Part shown: positions 38,201 to 53,200 of the stretch, piece by piece
Layout of the letters: every line of letters starts with the position of its first letter
Position numbering within the stretch: position 1 is the stretch's first letter
Assembly: GCA_905331295.1 (NCBI GenBank)
Contig: CAJNYD010000019.1
Span: forward strand, 1-64,000
Length of the DNA: 64,000 nucleotides
From: Rotaria socialis
Taxonomy: Eukaryota
Reading direction: 5' to 3'
Made by a program: the position numbers and the translations under genes
The notes under the pieces: generated by a model
Databases searched by the model: none
What the model was told of the DNA's origin: nothing
Seen by the model: the letters and a program-made list of their open reading frames with translations, nothing else

Positions 38201-41200
38201 TTGCAATGATTGGTAAATTGAATATTGTTTTTGCGATTTGAAGTCATCGAAGAGCATTTTTAGTACATGTGATCGTGGTCGATGGATATGCACGAATCGA
38301 ACATGTTCGAGAACTTGTACCGTCCTTGGAAATATGAATATATTAACATTTGATGGTAAACAATATGCACTTGTCAGCAAATGCAATCAAGTTCTAGTCG
38401 AAGTAATTCGTTTTCATTTTTATAAGACGAACATTTAATTAACGGAATTGGCGGAAAAGGCAGAAAGGAAAAACGCCGAAAAGGAAAATGTCGAAAAAAA
38501 AAGGAAAACGTCGAAACTGGAAATTGCAGAAGGTAAAAACGTCGAAGAGGAAAACGCCGAATGGAAAAAGTATAATTAATAACAGTGTCGAAGAAAAACT
38601 GCCAGAGAAAAAAAGTAGAAGAATTTTGAAAAGGAAAACGTAGAATGAAAAAGATGTCTATAGATAACGAAAATTTTTTCTTTTGATTTGGCAATCAGTG
38701 CAAAGCAATTATTGAAGAGATTAGCATTACTACTTGGATCACACAAAAAATAAAATACTACTGATAAACTTAGTTTTCTTTTTTTTTATTGTATTTTATC
38801 ATATGATCCCAGGGCGAGAAATCCGACAGTAGGCACCTATCGGAACCCATCCGATCCGACTGGAATCCAATAGGATTTTATCGGATCCGATGTCGGATCA
38901 GTCAACCTGGGATCGAATTAGTTTTTATTTTTCGTTAAAATTATTAAAAAACGCAATTTTCGACATTTACCTTTCGACGTTTTCCTTTTTCTAATTTTTT
39001 CTTTCGACGTTTAAAATTTCTGCATTTTCCCCTTCTATGTTTTCCTTTTCGGCATTTTCCTTCTTTTTTTTTCGACGTTTTCCTTTTCGATGTTTTCCCT
39101 TTCTGCCTTTTCCACCAAACCCTAATTAACACATAACATATTTTTTCGAATTGAAGTTTTATTAGAAATGTTTTTGGTTGTCAATATGAAAGATTAATTT
39201 TTTCAAATTTTAGACTAACGATCAATCCGGTTATTTGCGTATAACTTATACAAACGAACAAAATGAATTAAATATTCAAATATTGAATACTAAAGTAGTA
39301 TTTCGTCAGAATAATGTACTTATCAATGGTAAAGTTCGCCATGTATTACCATATGAAACAAATGATGTTATCATTCGACGTGCATCAACAGTATTTCTTG
39401 AAGTTCGAAGTAAGTTAAAAGAATAAATAGATTTAGTAAGACTGTGTTCATCTTTACATTAGATATTCAATCAACTGTTGTATTACATTACGATCCATTA
39501 GCGGCACGTATTTATGTTAAATTACATCCATCATTCGTTAATCGAGTTCGCGGCCTTTGTGGGACATTTAATTATATAACAAATGATGTCTGTTGATTTC
39601 TTATTTTTATATCTACCTTAATATAGAAGAACTTTTGTTTTTAATCTATAGGACTTTTTAACACCGAATAATGTTATCGAAACAGATTTAGTCACATTTG
39701 CCAATGCTTATCTGACTTCATCATGTTCGATTTCTGAACAACAAACTGATAATTGTTTCAATTTGCCAGCTGTATGGACTTTTATTTGTTCGTTTATTTG
39801 ATTTCAGGATAAACTTCTTTTGATTTAGAATGAATCCAATGCACAAAGTGAATGCACAAATTTATTAAAACACCCTATGTTTTCAGATTGTTCGCCATTA
39901 CATGTTGATCCATCATTTTTTCTTAAGGCGTGCATACGAGATCTATGTGAAGATCAATCAACAGCACATCGTGATGAAGTTAAATGTTCTGTTATAACAG
40001 CACTAGCTCATGTGTGTGCTTTAAAAGGCATAATTATTGACTGGATGAGTAATCAAACATTAGCTAATACATGTCAAACAATTAATTATGGCCAATGCGG
40101 TTCAGCAAGTAGAGCACATTATTCGGAATGCGTATCGGAATGTCAATCATTTTGTACTGATATTGATCTATTGCCATCATCATGTATAAACCAATGTTTA
40201 CCGGGTGAGAATGAATTGTAAATTTATGATTGCATTTCGTTGAACTTATTTCTGTGTTGCTAAAGAGAATTTCGAAAGTCACATCATTTTCATGAGACTG
40301 AATGGTTCAGAAGAGTGGTATTTTCTTTAGAAACAACATCACATCCTTACTGGAGTACGTTCTTCCCATAGGAAGACTTGTCACATTTATTAGTTATCTC
40401 AATAGTGAGTCTTCGTCTAGTTCGATCGTAGACGTCGTCAACTGTATTTCAAGAAAGAAATTTTAATATATAAATAATCAAGGTTCATCGGGGCTAATGT
40501 GAAAAAAATACATAGTATGTAAGACTTGATGATTTCTCTTTAATAGGATGTGCATGTGGCTCTGGTCAGTTCTATGATGAACATTCGGATGTTTGTCAAA
40601 GCCAACAAGACTGTTCTTGTTTTGAATCTCAATCTGAACAATACATACATCCAGCACATTCGCTTCGTATGCAATCACCAATTGTATCGAATTGTTCATG
40701 TTCAAATGGTTCACTGCAATGTACGCCATTCGGTGGCAATCAGTGCAGTTCAACACAATTGTATTCCGTAAATGCAACATTATGTCCTTTAACATGTACT
40801 AATTATCAGTCGCATTTCGATTGTGGTTTATACGCACCAGGTTGTGTATGTCCACCAGGAAAAATTTTTCTTGATGCAACATCGAATCAACAGCAATGCG
40901 TTTCAATAGACGAATGTCCATGTCAATATAATCGTCAATTCTATAACGAAAATCAAACAATCATGCAAAATGATCATGGTTGTCAAAGTTGTACATGTCG
41001 AAAAGGTGGTGTGTGGTCATGTAAAAAAATTCCATGTACTAAAACATGCACCATATTTGGTCACGCACACTATCGAACATTCGATGGTCTCTATTATAAT
41101 TTTCTTGGTGCATGTCAATATATATTAGTAGAAGATTTGAACAGTGCGTTTCGTATTCTATCACAAAATGTTCCATGCGGCCCCAATGGACAAATATGTT

Positions 41201-44200
41201 CAAAAAATATTGTCATTGAATATAATGGTGTTGTGATTGATCTTATGCGCGAACGACCAATAGTTTTGAATGATATTGAACTATCGAATTATCAAATTCA
41301 ACCAGTAACACTTGGTGGGATATATATCTATCAATTAGGTATATATACTATGATTAAAACGGATGCTTTCGCTGTTAAATGGGATGGTCAAACTTATGTT
41401 GAGATTGCTATTCGATCAAATAGTGAAATGTTAGGTCTGTGTGGAAATAATAATGATAATTTTGATGATGATTTAAAAAGTGCAGATGGCGCATCACAAT
41501 TCAATGTTTTTGACATGGCAAAATCGTGGCAAACATGTTCACAATGTGCACCGGGAAAAAATCAATCGATAGATAATGATCCATGCGGTGAAAATTATTC
41601 GCAAAGACGTACATGGGCAAAGAATAAATGTGATATAATCAAAATAAAATCAAGTATATTCAATAATCCATTTGAGATTTGTATTGATAAAATGGAGACA
41701 CATTTAATTGAAAAATATTATCAAGCGTGTCTTTATGATGCTTGCCAGTAAGTAATGAAAATAATAACTAACGGACAAATAATTTTGTGTACAGAAAAGT
41801 CTTCTAGTGAAATATTTTTTCAATTAAGTAAATAATCAAACTGTCGACAACTAGTAACGATTAAAACGTGTAATAGTGTGTGAAGATCTCTTCAAAATCT
41901 TTACGGATAACTTTTCATGTGTTGGTATCGTGCGTTAAATTCGTTGTTTTGTTTTTTCTAATTCAGTGTCGATCATGGTGGTGATTGTGAATCAGTTTGT
42001 ACTGTTCTCAGTGCATATGCTGCTGAATGTCAATCGATAATAAAAACGCCAACCATTAAATGGCGTACATCAGATCGATGTCCAGTGCAATGTGACTCGG
42101 ACAAAGTTTATATGCCATGCGGTCCACTTTGTCCACAAACATGTTTTGAAGATGGTGATTATGGCGGCTGTAGTGTTGATTCAGGTTGTGTCGGCGGATG
42201 TTTCTGTCCCAATGGTCAAGTTATGGATAATAATGGGCATTGCATTGAACCACATCGTTGCCCTTGTTTATACAATAATATTATGTATCCACGAAGTACT
42301 CGAATAATAATGAAGAAAAATGAGACATGTCGCCATGAATGTGAGTGCCAGCATGGTTCATTTTTATGTGATAAAATTGAAACAACAATATGTGAAACAA
42401 CTAATTGTACAACGAATCAATTTACATGTGAATCTGATGGGCAATGTATACCGTTAAGTTGGCTATGTGATAAAGTAGAAGATTGTTCAGATGGTACTGA
42501 CGAATTATCAACTCATTGTCAATACGAATGTTTCGATAAAACGAATTCATTTCAATGTTCTAATGGACAATGTACTAACGCAACATACCGATGTGATGGT
42601 TTACCGGACTGTAGAGATGGAAGTGACGAAGTTAACTGTTGTAAGCTAGAAAACGTTCTGTTGTGAATTGATTCGCTAGAGTCTTTTTATATAGCTTATG
42701 TAATACCATGCAAAGAATATGAATGTCCAAGGAGCAAATTATGCATACCAAAAGCATGGGTTTGTGATGGAACATCGGACTGTGGCTATGAAGATGATTC
42801 TGATGAAAGTAGTAATTGTAGTAAGTTTCGAATGTAAAAAGAAACAATTAAATCTTTAATGTCAGTTCAATTTTTTTAGAATCTTTACCTTAAAATTAAA
42901 ACTGTTTTGAGTATAACTGTGCAGATAACTATCTAAAAATGACTTATCTTTGCTTTTGTTCTAATTGAACTATTTTCTTCTGAATTATTGAGATTAAGAT
43001 AAATTCAAGAGAGGAAATATGAGTTGAATCAACTTTGTTTTCTGTAGAAATCAATCAATGTGATATATTAAGTGGACGTTATTTTCAATGTCGAGAGGAT
43101 TTTAATTGTTTGCCTGTTGAACAAAAATGTGATGGACACAGAGATTGTAATTTTGGCTCAGATGAGCTGAATTGTACGTTATGTACATGTACATCTTCAT
43201 TTTCATGTACTCACATATGTCAATGCATTGATGCAAGACGTGTATGCGATGGATCAATAGATTGTATTGATGGAACAGATGAATTGAATTGTATGGCCAA
43301 TTGTGCTAAAGATGAGTATACCTGTCTCGATGGAAAATGTTTAAATATCAATTTCTTATGCGATGGAATTCAACATTGTTTGAAAGGCGAAGATGAAACA
43401 CATCCAGATTGTACATGTAAGTTAAAATAATTGAAGATCGAAACTCGTATCAAATAACCAAAGTGAGCCTCATACTTTTCTTTCTCTAATAGCTTCAACA
43501 ACAAAAACAACTGTTTCACACGGCTCTACCACTTCTACTATGTCTCCAATCGCTGGTATCCTTCCTACTCTTACTATAGATGTCTTTACCACCCCTACCA
43601 CTCCGATTTGGTCAGCATCACTAGCATGTGCACTACAAGCAACCATCATGGACGATCGATTTCTTTCAACACCAGAATTTTCTACTCCAATCATCGGTTC
43701 TATTTCGGACATGAATCCTGGCGGAAACGGTATTGGATTCGTAGTAAATAATCCAGCAACTACAGTTATTATAACGCTTCCATTGCAACAACATATAATC
43801 ATAAAACAACTTGTTAAATTTGAAATTCTTCGACCGAGTAATGTCAATCGATTTCAATTAACATTTCTTAATAAAAATAGGCAACCTGTTGGCCGGTATA
43901 AAATATTATCAACGGATGGTAAACTGAAATTAACATCCCCAACGGTTGATACATTTCCAATAGAAGCTAGTCTGTTAAAACATATTCGGTTCTTTAAAAT
44001 TGAAATCTTAGATACCAATGATAATCGACCACCAAAAAATGTTACACTTCTATTTCAAGCTTGTTTTAAACAAACTGGAAAACCGACACAAAGTAAAGTT
44101 TCTTATGTTCAATTGAAATTGTCTACTATTCAGGATTTTAAGGAGATTTTCGTGTCATAATTATGCATAGAATATCGAATCGTCTCGAAACACGTTGCTT

Positions 44201-47200
44201 TCCCTATGAAGGTTCGATTAAAACAAGCATAGAAAGTTGAAAAATCATTATCTTTCGAATGTCATAATATTCTGCTTAGCTGATTGTGGCTAACAGAATT
44301 TCAGCTCAAATCAGCATTTTTTTTCAGAATCACTAGAAATATCTCTACTGAATGGAAACGTAAGAGTGTGCATGGGGTGAGGTTACCGAAGCATGAAGGT
44401 TTTCATGTGTTAAAACTATTGTAGTTGTCGAGGTAGCTCGAATGACTGTGCCGAGTCATGACAAGAAAAATGAGTTTTGAATGTCAAGTTTCTAGTATTT
44501 TAACTATTCATTGCTTTTTTTTTTTAAGAAAACTGTACACAAATCGACGCGATGAAGTCACTTTATACCACCAGAATTATATCTAAATTCGGTGGTACTC
44601 GTCCATTTAATTCTACATATAATCATCTATTACAAGGTTACGGTGGAGTTACATACAATACATCACAAGCCGTCATTGATATTCGCATGCGTAAAAATAT
44701 ACTGTCTCGTTTTAACGAAATATCTATTCCTGATTATATGTTAAACCGAACGAATGTAAGAAAAATAATCGTTGAATTATTTGATAAAAATCATAACCGT
44801 TTGTTTTGGGAAAAAACAACCAATATGAAAGTTTTGATACATTCAACGAAAACACTTCGCGTGAGATTTATTCGCATTTCAATATTGGAAACAACTGATA
44901 ATAATTCACCATTTAATGTTACTCTATCCGTTCAAGGCTGTTTTTATCGAAAACATCCCACGAAACCAACTACGAAGAAACAAACGAAAACGACAACAGC
45001 GACAACAAAAAGTATGTGCGACAATGACGCATTTGTTATAGCTAGATATAGGTACCAAGCAATCGATCCATTCCCTACATAATAATTTACTGTGCACATT
45101 CGTTTTCTAATTGACCATCGTTTCACTTCAATAAACATATTAAAAAAAGGGTTTATTCTATGAAGCCTCTCTAAGTTAATTAGAATTTTCAATAACACGA
45201 AAATCTTCAATACTTTCCATTAGGAAATGTGGCGATAACTATAAACGTTTTCTTACAGATTCTGTCTATCAAGAAAACGAGCTACTTGAAAACATATTAT
45301 CGTTCTCAACAAGAGCAAAAAGCTTTCTATGTTCTACATATTTCATTTGAAACAGAAAGATTAAATGATGAACATTGTAAACGTTTTCGGTCGATCTCAA
45401 ACGTCTTTACAGCTTCGCTATTTACTTAACGAGTTCATTGTATTGATCTATTGTGAAAAGAAAATAATTTTCTCATATGAATGAGTTTGTTTATTAAAGG
45501 TACATGCTATCGTGTTAACGCTGTCGATCCTCAATATGCTCATAGAATTATTGGACTATTCGAAGGAACTCAACCATTACCTAGTTATTCATTCATTGAT
45601 TTTATTAAATCAACAAAACGAGGTGTTCATTACGCAATCAAGTCTCCTATTATTCGTATTCGATTTCAAACCAATGTGATTGGTCAACTAGATGAAATTT
45701 CAATTTCACATGGTGCCAATAACATACGTCAGTTTCAAGTTGATCTATTTGATTTCGACAATAGCTTACTTTTTTCAAGACAAACAACTTATCTGAGAAA
45801 TAATCGGTGAGGAAAAACATATTTCTTATTTGCCTAAGAATAGGAATATTTAAGGAAATAAATATGAGCACTTTCTTGTACTAATATTGTTTACAAGCTA
45901 GTTTTAGATCGCTAAAGTGAGGAAAACCTCTCTGTAAAGGCTTCAATAAAAAGATGTTCCATCATTTGTCAGAGAAATTTACAAGAAATTTTTACACTCT
46001 CGTCGCAAAATTCAAAGATTTTTTCTATTTCTCATGCTTAGTACATAGATTTCAATACTTTATAAAAAAAAAGACGTTTATAAATGCGATTTCGAGTTAT
46101 CTTGAATGTCAAAATTATGTAAGCTCTTACATGGGGCAATATATGAAAATAAGCAAAAGCATTATAAAACGATACTCGAATCTATCTATAACATTATAAA
46201 AATAATTGTAACATAAAAGTACGCAGTAAATATAAATGGAAAACTCAAGAAGACTACATCTGATCTTTCTTCTGCGCAGGTTTACTACTTGTAGCGTTAG
46301 ATAGAAAGCCATGGAATCTATTACTAACCGGCGGTCTACTCCATAAAGTAGCTAATACTTATCATCTTATTTATAAGAACCAAAATACATCTAAAATGTT
46401 TTTTCCAATCTGCTAGTTTGAATACATTATCAATAATAATTAATCGTGAGCTATTGGTATCGACGGTACAAATAACAGTTTTGAATACCATTGATGATCG
46501 GCCAGCTCGTGGTATAATATTATCGATAATTGGTTGCTTTTCAACGGTTCCACGCCTTTCCACTGCATCTACGACGACAACCACCTTGGCACCTACAACT
46601 ACGAGACTAACAACAAAACGACCACGTACATCAGTTTTTTTGCATGTTGGCCGCGTTCTGATATTTATGATTTTTTTTGTTTTAGGTGATTGTGTTCGAA
46701 AAGAATTGATGACAAACAAAAATATCATCATTGGTATTACATCACAATCTGAAATCAGTTATGGTAATTTGGCGTCCATTGGCCGGACTACATCTGGTGG
46801 TATAACATTTTCTGATTTATTTCCATTCATTGATATCATCCTACGTCCGAATCTACTTATTTACATTCATTCTATATCGATCATCTCGAAAGAAACAAAC
46901 CTAGAACGATTTCGTATTGAATTACTTAATAATGAAAATGATATTCAATATAAAATTGAATCGTCTTCGATGACAGTGAACTTAGATTCACTACCATCAG
47001 TTGTATTGGCTGGTATTCGCATTACATTTCTTGAAACAGATGATAATCAACCACCGCAAAACATCACTCTATCAATTCAAGCATGCGTAGATGAAATACT
47101 AATTATAACACCAGCAACTACTACACCACTACCGACTACGCGTCGAACATATCCAACAACAACACCCATTACACCAGGTATATATATATATATTCTTCGA

Positions 47201-50200
47201 CTTTAATCCAACATATGGAATAGTATCACTAGTAAATTAATTGGCTGAGTTATGATTTCTGTAGCTCAATAAAATATACTTAAAATTATAAGTTTTTGAT
47301 TAAGAATTTCTCTTGTGTACTGTCAGTAAAATCAATCGTGACACACCATGGCTTTTATGTATCGTATTTGTTCGGGAAATTAGTAAGGACTTCAATCTGG
47401 CCAAGATAGATGTTGGCTGTTTTATATCCAGGTTGATTGACAGGATATCTTTCTTTCAATTAGAAATAGAAGCCCTACATCTTGATAATATATTATAAAC
47501 GGGTTTTCGTTGACACTAGTTCAACGATGTGTTGCATAGTTTCGTTTAATTTATGAATACAAAGAATTAATTTTTTTCTTAGATAATTGTGTTGATATTG
47601 ATGCAATGCAAGAATCATACAGTGAAAGAACTCTTGCCGGTCTTAGTGGTACCAATCCGCAAGGTAGTAATACGTCACTTTTGGATCTTATCTATGGAAA
47701 ATCTATATCGTTCGATGAACAAGATGATGAAACTGTGGTGTTCATTATTTTTAAACCTAATCTATTTGTTTATTTGAAACATGTCGCCCTTACATCAATA
47801 TCGGATAGCAATGTAAAACGTATTAGCATAGAATATCTTGATAGAAATCAAGTATTGATAAGAAAAATAACTGTTGATTATTCAAATGGACCAAAATCTA
47901 TGGAGCCAATTCAAAATGTTGGTGCAGTTAAAATCACAATTGAAGAGACGTATGATGGAAAGTCAGCAAAAAATGTTCGTCTTGCAGTCAGAGGTTGTTT
48001 TGCTCTTCCACCTAAATCAACAGCAACGGTGCATTCAACTATGTCAACAACAACACCAAGTAATAAACAGTAAACAGAAATTCATTTTTATATAATTCAT
48101 TTTTTATTATTACAGCTCCATGTCATCATTTAAATTTAATGTCGAATAAACCTGTATCTACTAAAGTTATTGCCTATATAGCCGGCACTAATCCATGTTC
48201 GTCATCAATACTTAATTATTTTAATCCATCAAAGTCCATTTCCTATTCAAAATCACATCCGAAAGTTCTCATTATATTTAAAACAAATATTTATGTTGAA
48301 TTAAAATCAATATCAATTATAAATAATGCAACAAATGTTCGCGAATATAAAATTGATTTAATCGATAATGATCGACTAATTTTACAAACAATCACTGTGG
48401 ATAATCAGCGTCCTCAATTAAATGTTACTTTTTATGTTCCGATTGCTGCTTTACAAATAACATATCTCACAACTGTAGACGGAAAGACACCGCGAAATAT
48501 TACCTTGAGTATTGATGGATGCTTTGGCATAAATCTATCCCCAACAACAGCAACTCAACGCACTACGGTAACGACAGCGCGGCATTCGTCAACGTCGAAA
48601 ACATGTAAGTAGACATTTAGCTATTTCTTGTATCAAAATCAATCGGCTTCATTGTCTTATTAGATCATTGCCATGAAATTGAGATGATGAATAAACTTGA
48701 TTCTACTATATTGGTCGATTCTATCACTGGCACATTACCCAGAAAAACAACGCATACATTAACTGATTATTTCAATCAAACATCTTCGGTTTCATATGAT
48801 GAACAACAATTGCCAATAACTTTTCTCATGATTTTTAAACCGACTATTTTTGCTGAAATTCATTCGGTGTCGTTGACAAGTGTAATAACAAATGTCAAAC
48901 GATTTCAAGTCGATCTTATCGATGATTATAAATCAATTGTACAAACGATTGAATCTAATAAAGATCTAATTGTTGATGGTTTGACAGAAATTGGTATTGC
49001 TGCCCTACGAATTAGTTACATTGAAACAAAAGATAATCAAGCCCCGATTAATATTCGCCTATCGATCAAGGGTTGTTTTGGTGTTCTACCAACACGTCGA
49101 CGAGCAACACCGTCAATCGCAGCAGTTTCACCGCCAACAACGCCAATGATCGAATCGGCTACGACATCATTACCTCGAACAACACAGAGAATAAAACGTA
49201 ATAAATCGATATCACTTAGTTAAGAATATATACCTAAATAAGATATTCTGAAACTTACAGATTTATTGACGTATAGTTATAAAAAAAATTCCCTTCAAAA
49301 TGACACATTCACCTTCGTTATAGGTGCATTCAAACCCCTTCTATCTTACAAATCGACTTCGTTTGGTTCATGAGAAAGTATACTATAAAATGTGAAAACC
49401 AAATTTTTTTCCGAGTAACTATCTACGTACCTATTCAAGATTGCAGATAATTCATTTCAGAAGAAACTTGATAAAAAACAAGGAGTAACTTTCCTTTAAA
49501 TTAAATTCAAAATATTGAATCTTTCTTTTTCTTTAACAGAAAAATGTGTCATGCTTGATGCAATGGCTGCTAAAAATCGACATAAAATTATTCTAACAGT
49601 AAATAGTACTGAGCATTCGAACATGTTTTCATCGAATGGTTTATCGTTTAATTCGACGTCTGGTTCAATTTTCATTGCATTTAAACAAGGTATTTTTGGT
49701 CATATTGATCATATTTCGATTATTGGTCATCAGCATAATATTAAACATTACGAAGTGTCGTTTTTTGATCTTGACAATGATAAAATTGATGAACGTTTAT
49801 TAAAAGTGGATTGCCATGAAAAATTCTCGGCGGATAATGTTGCTGCAATACGAATTGTATTTCTCGATACAAATGACAATAGAAATATTAATCATGTTCA
49901 ACTATCGATTCGTGGCTGTTTCTTTCGAATTCCAAAATTTGAAACTACTCAAATGACAACGATGACAACAACAAAACGACATGAATATTGTCATTCAATA
50001 GACTTAATGAATAAACAACATGTTAAAAGTTTAATTGCTTCGGCTGGTGGTACATTGGCTATACCAAAATTATTCAATGCAACACAAAAGGACAATCACT
50101 CAATATATTTTATTCTTGAATTTAAAAAAGATATCTTTATTCGTCACATTCAAAATATATCTATTCTTACAACGAATCATCGTATACAACAAATACGTAT

Positions 50201-53200
50201 TGAATTACTGGATGAAAATCGACAGTTGTTAAAACGAATTGATTTATCAGTATTTAAACAAATACTTAGTACAAATCTTTATTTTCCAACTCATCCAACG
50301 CATATTCAATATTTAAAAGTGACCATCACAAAAGGAAAACCCATTAGAAATATCTGTTGGTCAATTATTGGTTGTTTTGATAGAATAACTAAAGTTCAAC
50401 CTACTGAAAAAATTTCAAAGCAACAATGGTGGACAGGTAAAACGAAGATTTACATATACGAATAAAAAATCACATGCTTTTTCGAGAATTAAAATATGTC
50501 CTAGAACGGATGAAATAAAGCACTAGCACCTCTATGATTAACATGAACAGCTGTACATCATATTTCGTTGCCTAAGCCTTTAGAGGCTGCACTAATCGGG
50601 TTTTTATTTTTTATTCAAATAGTTAAATGTCTTCATTCGAATATCATGGCTGGACGCAACGGATATCATCCACGAAAATTTTTGACTCCATACATTACTG
50701 GAACACCTTCGCCCATCGATGAGAATTTTAAAAATGTAATGACTGATAGCATGGGAATTTCTTATTCCGAACGGCAAAAACCAATTATACTTGAAGTTGA
50801 TTTTCCATCGGGTATTGCTGGTCGTCTGTTTGAAGTTGGTATTAGATCAAGTAATGTATATCGAATACTTGTACAACTACTCGAACTGCCGAATAGTATC
50901 TTATATACTTTAACATCACCACATTATAATAAAACAGATAAAAAGAACAGTAATCCTCGTTTAACAGGATTTCCACCTGTAAGTTCTTCCGGTATTCGAG
51001 TTATCCTATTAGATACTATTGATGGTCTTCCGCCTCGTCGTGTTAACATTTTTACAAATGGATGTTTTTATAAGAGTTCAGTTAGGTATACAAGTATATC
51101 AACCGCTAGACAAATCAAGAAAACAATGCAACAATCGAAAACTACTAGTAAAATAATAATTGAAACATTGTATGTAAAGTATTATTTTACATTTTTTACT
51201 AGCAACACTCAAACCAAGATGTCGATATTCTGAATGGACACGTTGGGGACATTGTTCAGTTAGTTGTGGTAATGGAGTACAGACGCGTGCACGGAATCAA
51301 CTTTCAGGTAGTGGATGTAATGCTGCATTAATGGACTATCGTATGTGTCAATTACAACCATGCATGTGTGTATTAACCAAAGAATTTTATATGTCTGCCA
51401 CCAGTCAGAAAGTACCGGTGAATGGTATGTAGTTTGAAGTAATGTGCAATATTTATGTATAATGTTTATATATTCTCAAGATATCGTTGGCTATTTGAAA
51501 GATGGAGGAAAAGCCGTACATATCGGAGATATTTTAGATACTGGCACAATCGTTTATGCGTATAATTGTTCGCAATTTATTTGTTCTAATGTTGGATTAG
51601 ATGTAAAAAAGTCGACAGGTTGTCAACGTAAGAATTTACAAATTATTTTTATTCAAACTTTCGAAATGATATTGAACTGTTGGGAAAAAAAGACTTGTCG
51701 CATTTTTAATTATCTAGCTTTCGATTTCTTTTGCAGTCTATCTACGTTTTGAATATTATTGCGATATATTGTCCTATCTTTCTATTTTTAAATCCTAGAA
51801 AAATGTGTTTACCTTTCTTGGTCTCCTTGGAGCTCATGTGAAGGTCAGTGTGGTGATGAAAATCGTGCAGGTATTCAGTTTCGACAACGTACATCTGTAC
51901 AGATTCTTACTGGTTCACATCTATGTAAACCAGACAAAGAAACTCGTTCATGTCAAACACCACCTTGTTTTGGTTCATGTATTCTTTCATCGTGGTCCAA
52001 TTGGAGTTCATGTTCAAAATCATGTAATCTTGGTGGTCGAAAACGATCGAGATATTATTTATCTTTTCAACCGAATTGTACTGATCAATTGGAAGAAATA
52101 CAAGATTGTAATCCTCAATGTTGTCCGTCAAGTAAGTCGAAATTAGCTTTGAAAATCTTCATCAAAACATATTTGAATGAAAATAGGCGAAACACCTACC
52201 TGGTCAGGCTGGAGTCCGTGGAGCAAATGCAGCCAACTGTGTAATGGCGGTGAACGAATACGTTCGAGAACGTGTAAAAATGATACTTCTCATTGTAAAC
52301 AAGGCATTATATGTGAGGGCTCTGATAAACAAATTGAACCGTGCAATACAGGACAATGCCGTAAGTAATTTTAAAAGTCAAGATAAAACTCAACTATTAT
52401 AAATATTCAATGAGAGTTTCAGCTGAGACATTGGCATGTACAAATGGACGAATAATGAGTAATTGCAGTAATACTTGTGGTTATACATGTAATACATTAA
52501 CATGTCGTTCGTGTAATGAACCATCGATTTGCGTATCTGGTTGTGTATGTCCAAGTCCATTAGTTATGAGTACATCAGGAGAATGTATTGAAATAAATCA
52601 ATGTTTATGTCAAATTTCGGATGGTAAAATTAGCCTTGTTCATGGTCAAACTATGAGCGATCGAAACACATGTCAAGATTGGTGCGACTTATCATTTTAT
52701 AGCGAAAACGAAGCACACTTAACAATTCTTTATGTTTTTCCTTTAGTTTGTGTTCAAATGGTTGTCTCAATTGTCGTCCGTCTACAAAAGATTGTTCAAC
52801 GTGTGAATGGAGTACATGGAGTTCATTTGGTGTTTGTTCAGCACAATGCAATGGAACACAAGCGCGATATCGTTCACGTTCATGTGTTGGCTTAGAGCCT
52901 GAAATCGAACAAGAAAACCGCACATGTTCAACGAACGAAACATCCTATAGGAAAGGTTGTACACAATGTTCTTGCGATGTAACTACTGGTCAAGAAACAT
53001 GTAATTTTCGATGTGCTGTGACGCCTGATATATGTTCAAAATTAACCAATGATCCATTCGCTACTTATGAATATGTAGCACCGATCGATGGTGAATGTTG
53101 CGGTTCATGTAATCGAACTAAGAGTATATTGACAAAATGAATTTTCCCCTCTACAAAGATGCACTATTTTATTTTACTTTTTTAGAAATAGAACCATGTT

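Noticed and set aside
38444..38660. Short regularly recurring GGAAAACGTCGAAA-like units as a possible CRISPR-like array
   Set aside because: No unique spacers. The units are mirrored at 38950-39122 and bounded by a TSD, so they are the repetitive TIRs of a MITE in a eukaryotic intron.
36896..41100. GDPH autoproteolysis site in the VWD domains
   Set aside because: The equivalent positions read GRAR, GNMN and GHAH, so no GDPH motif is present.
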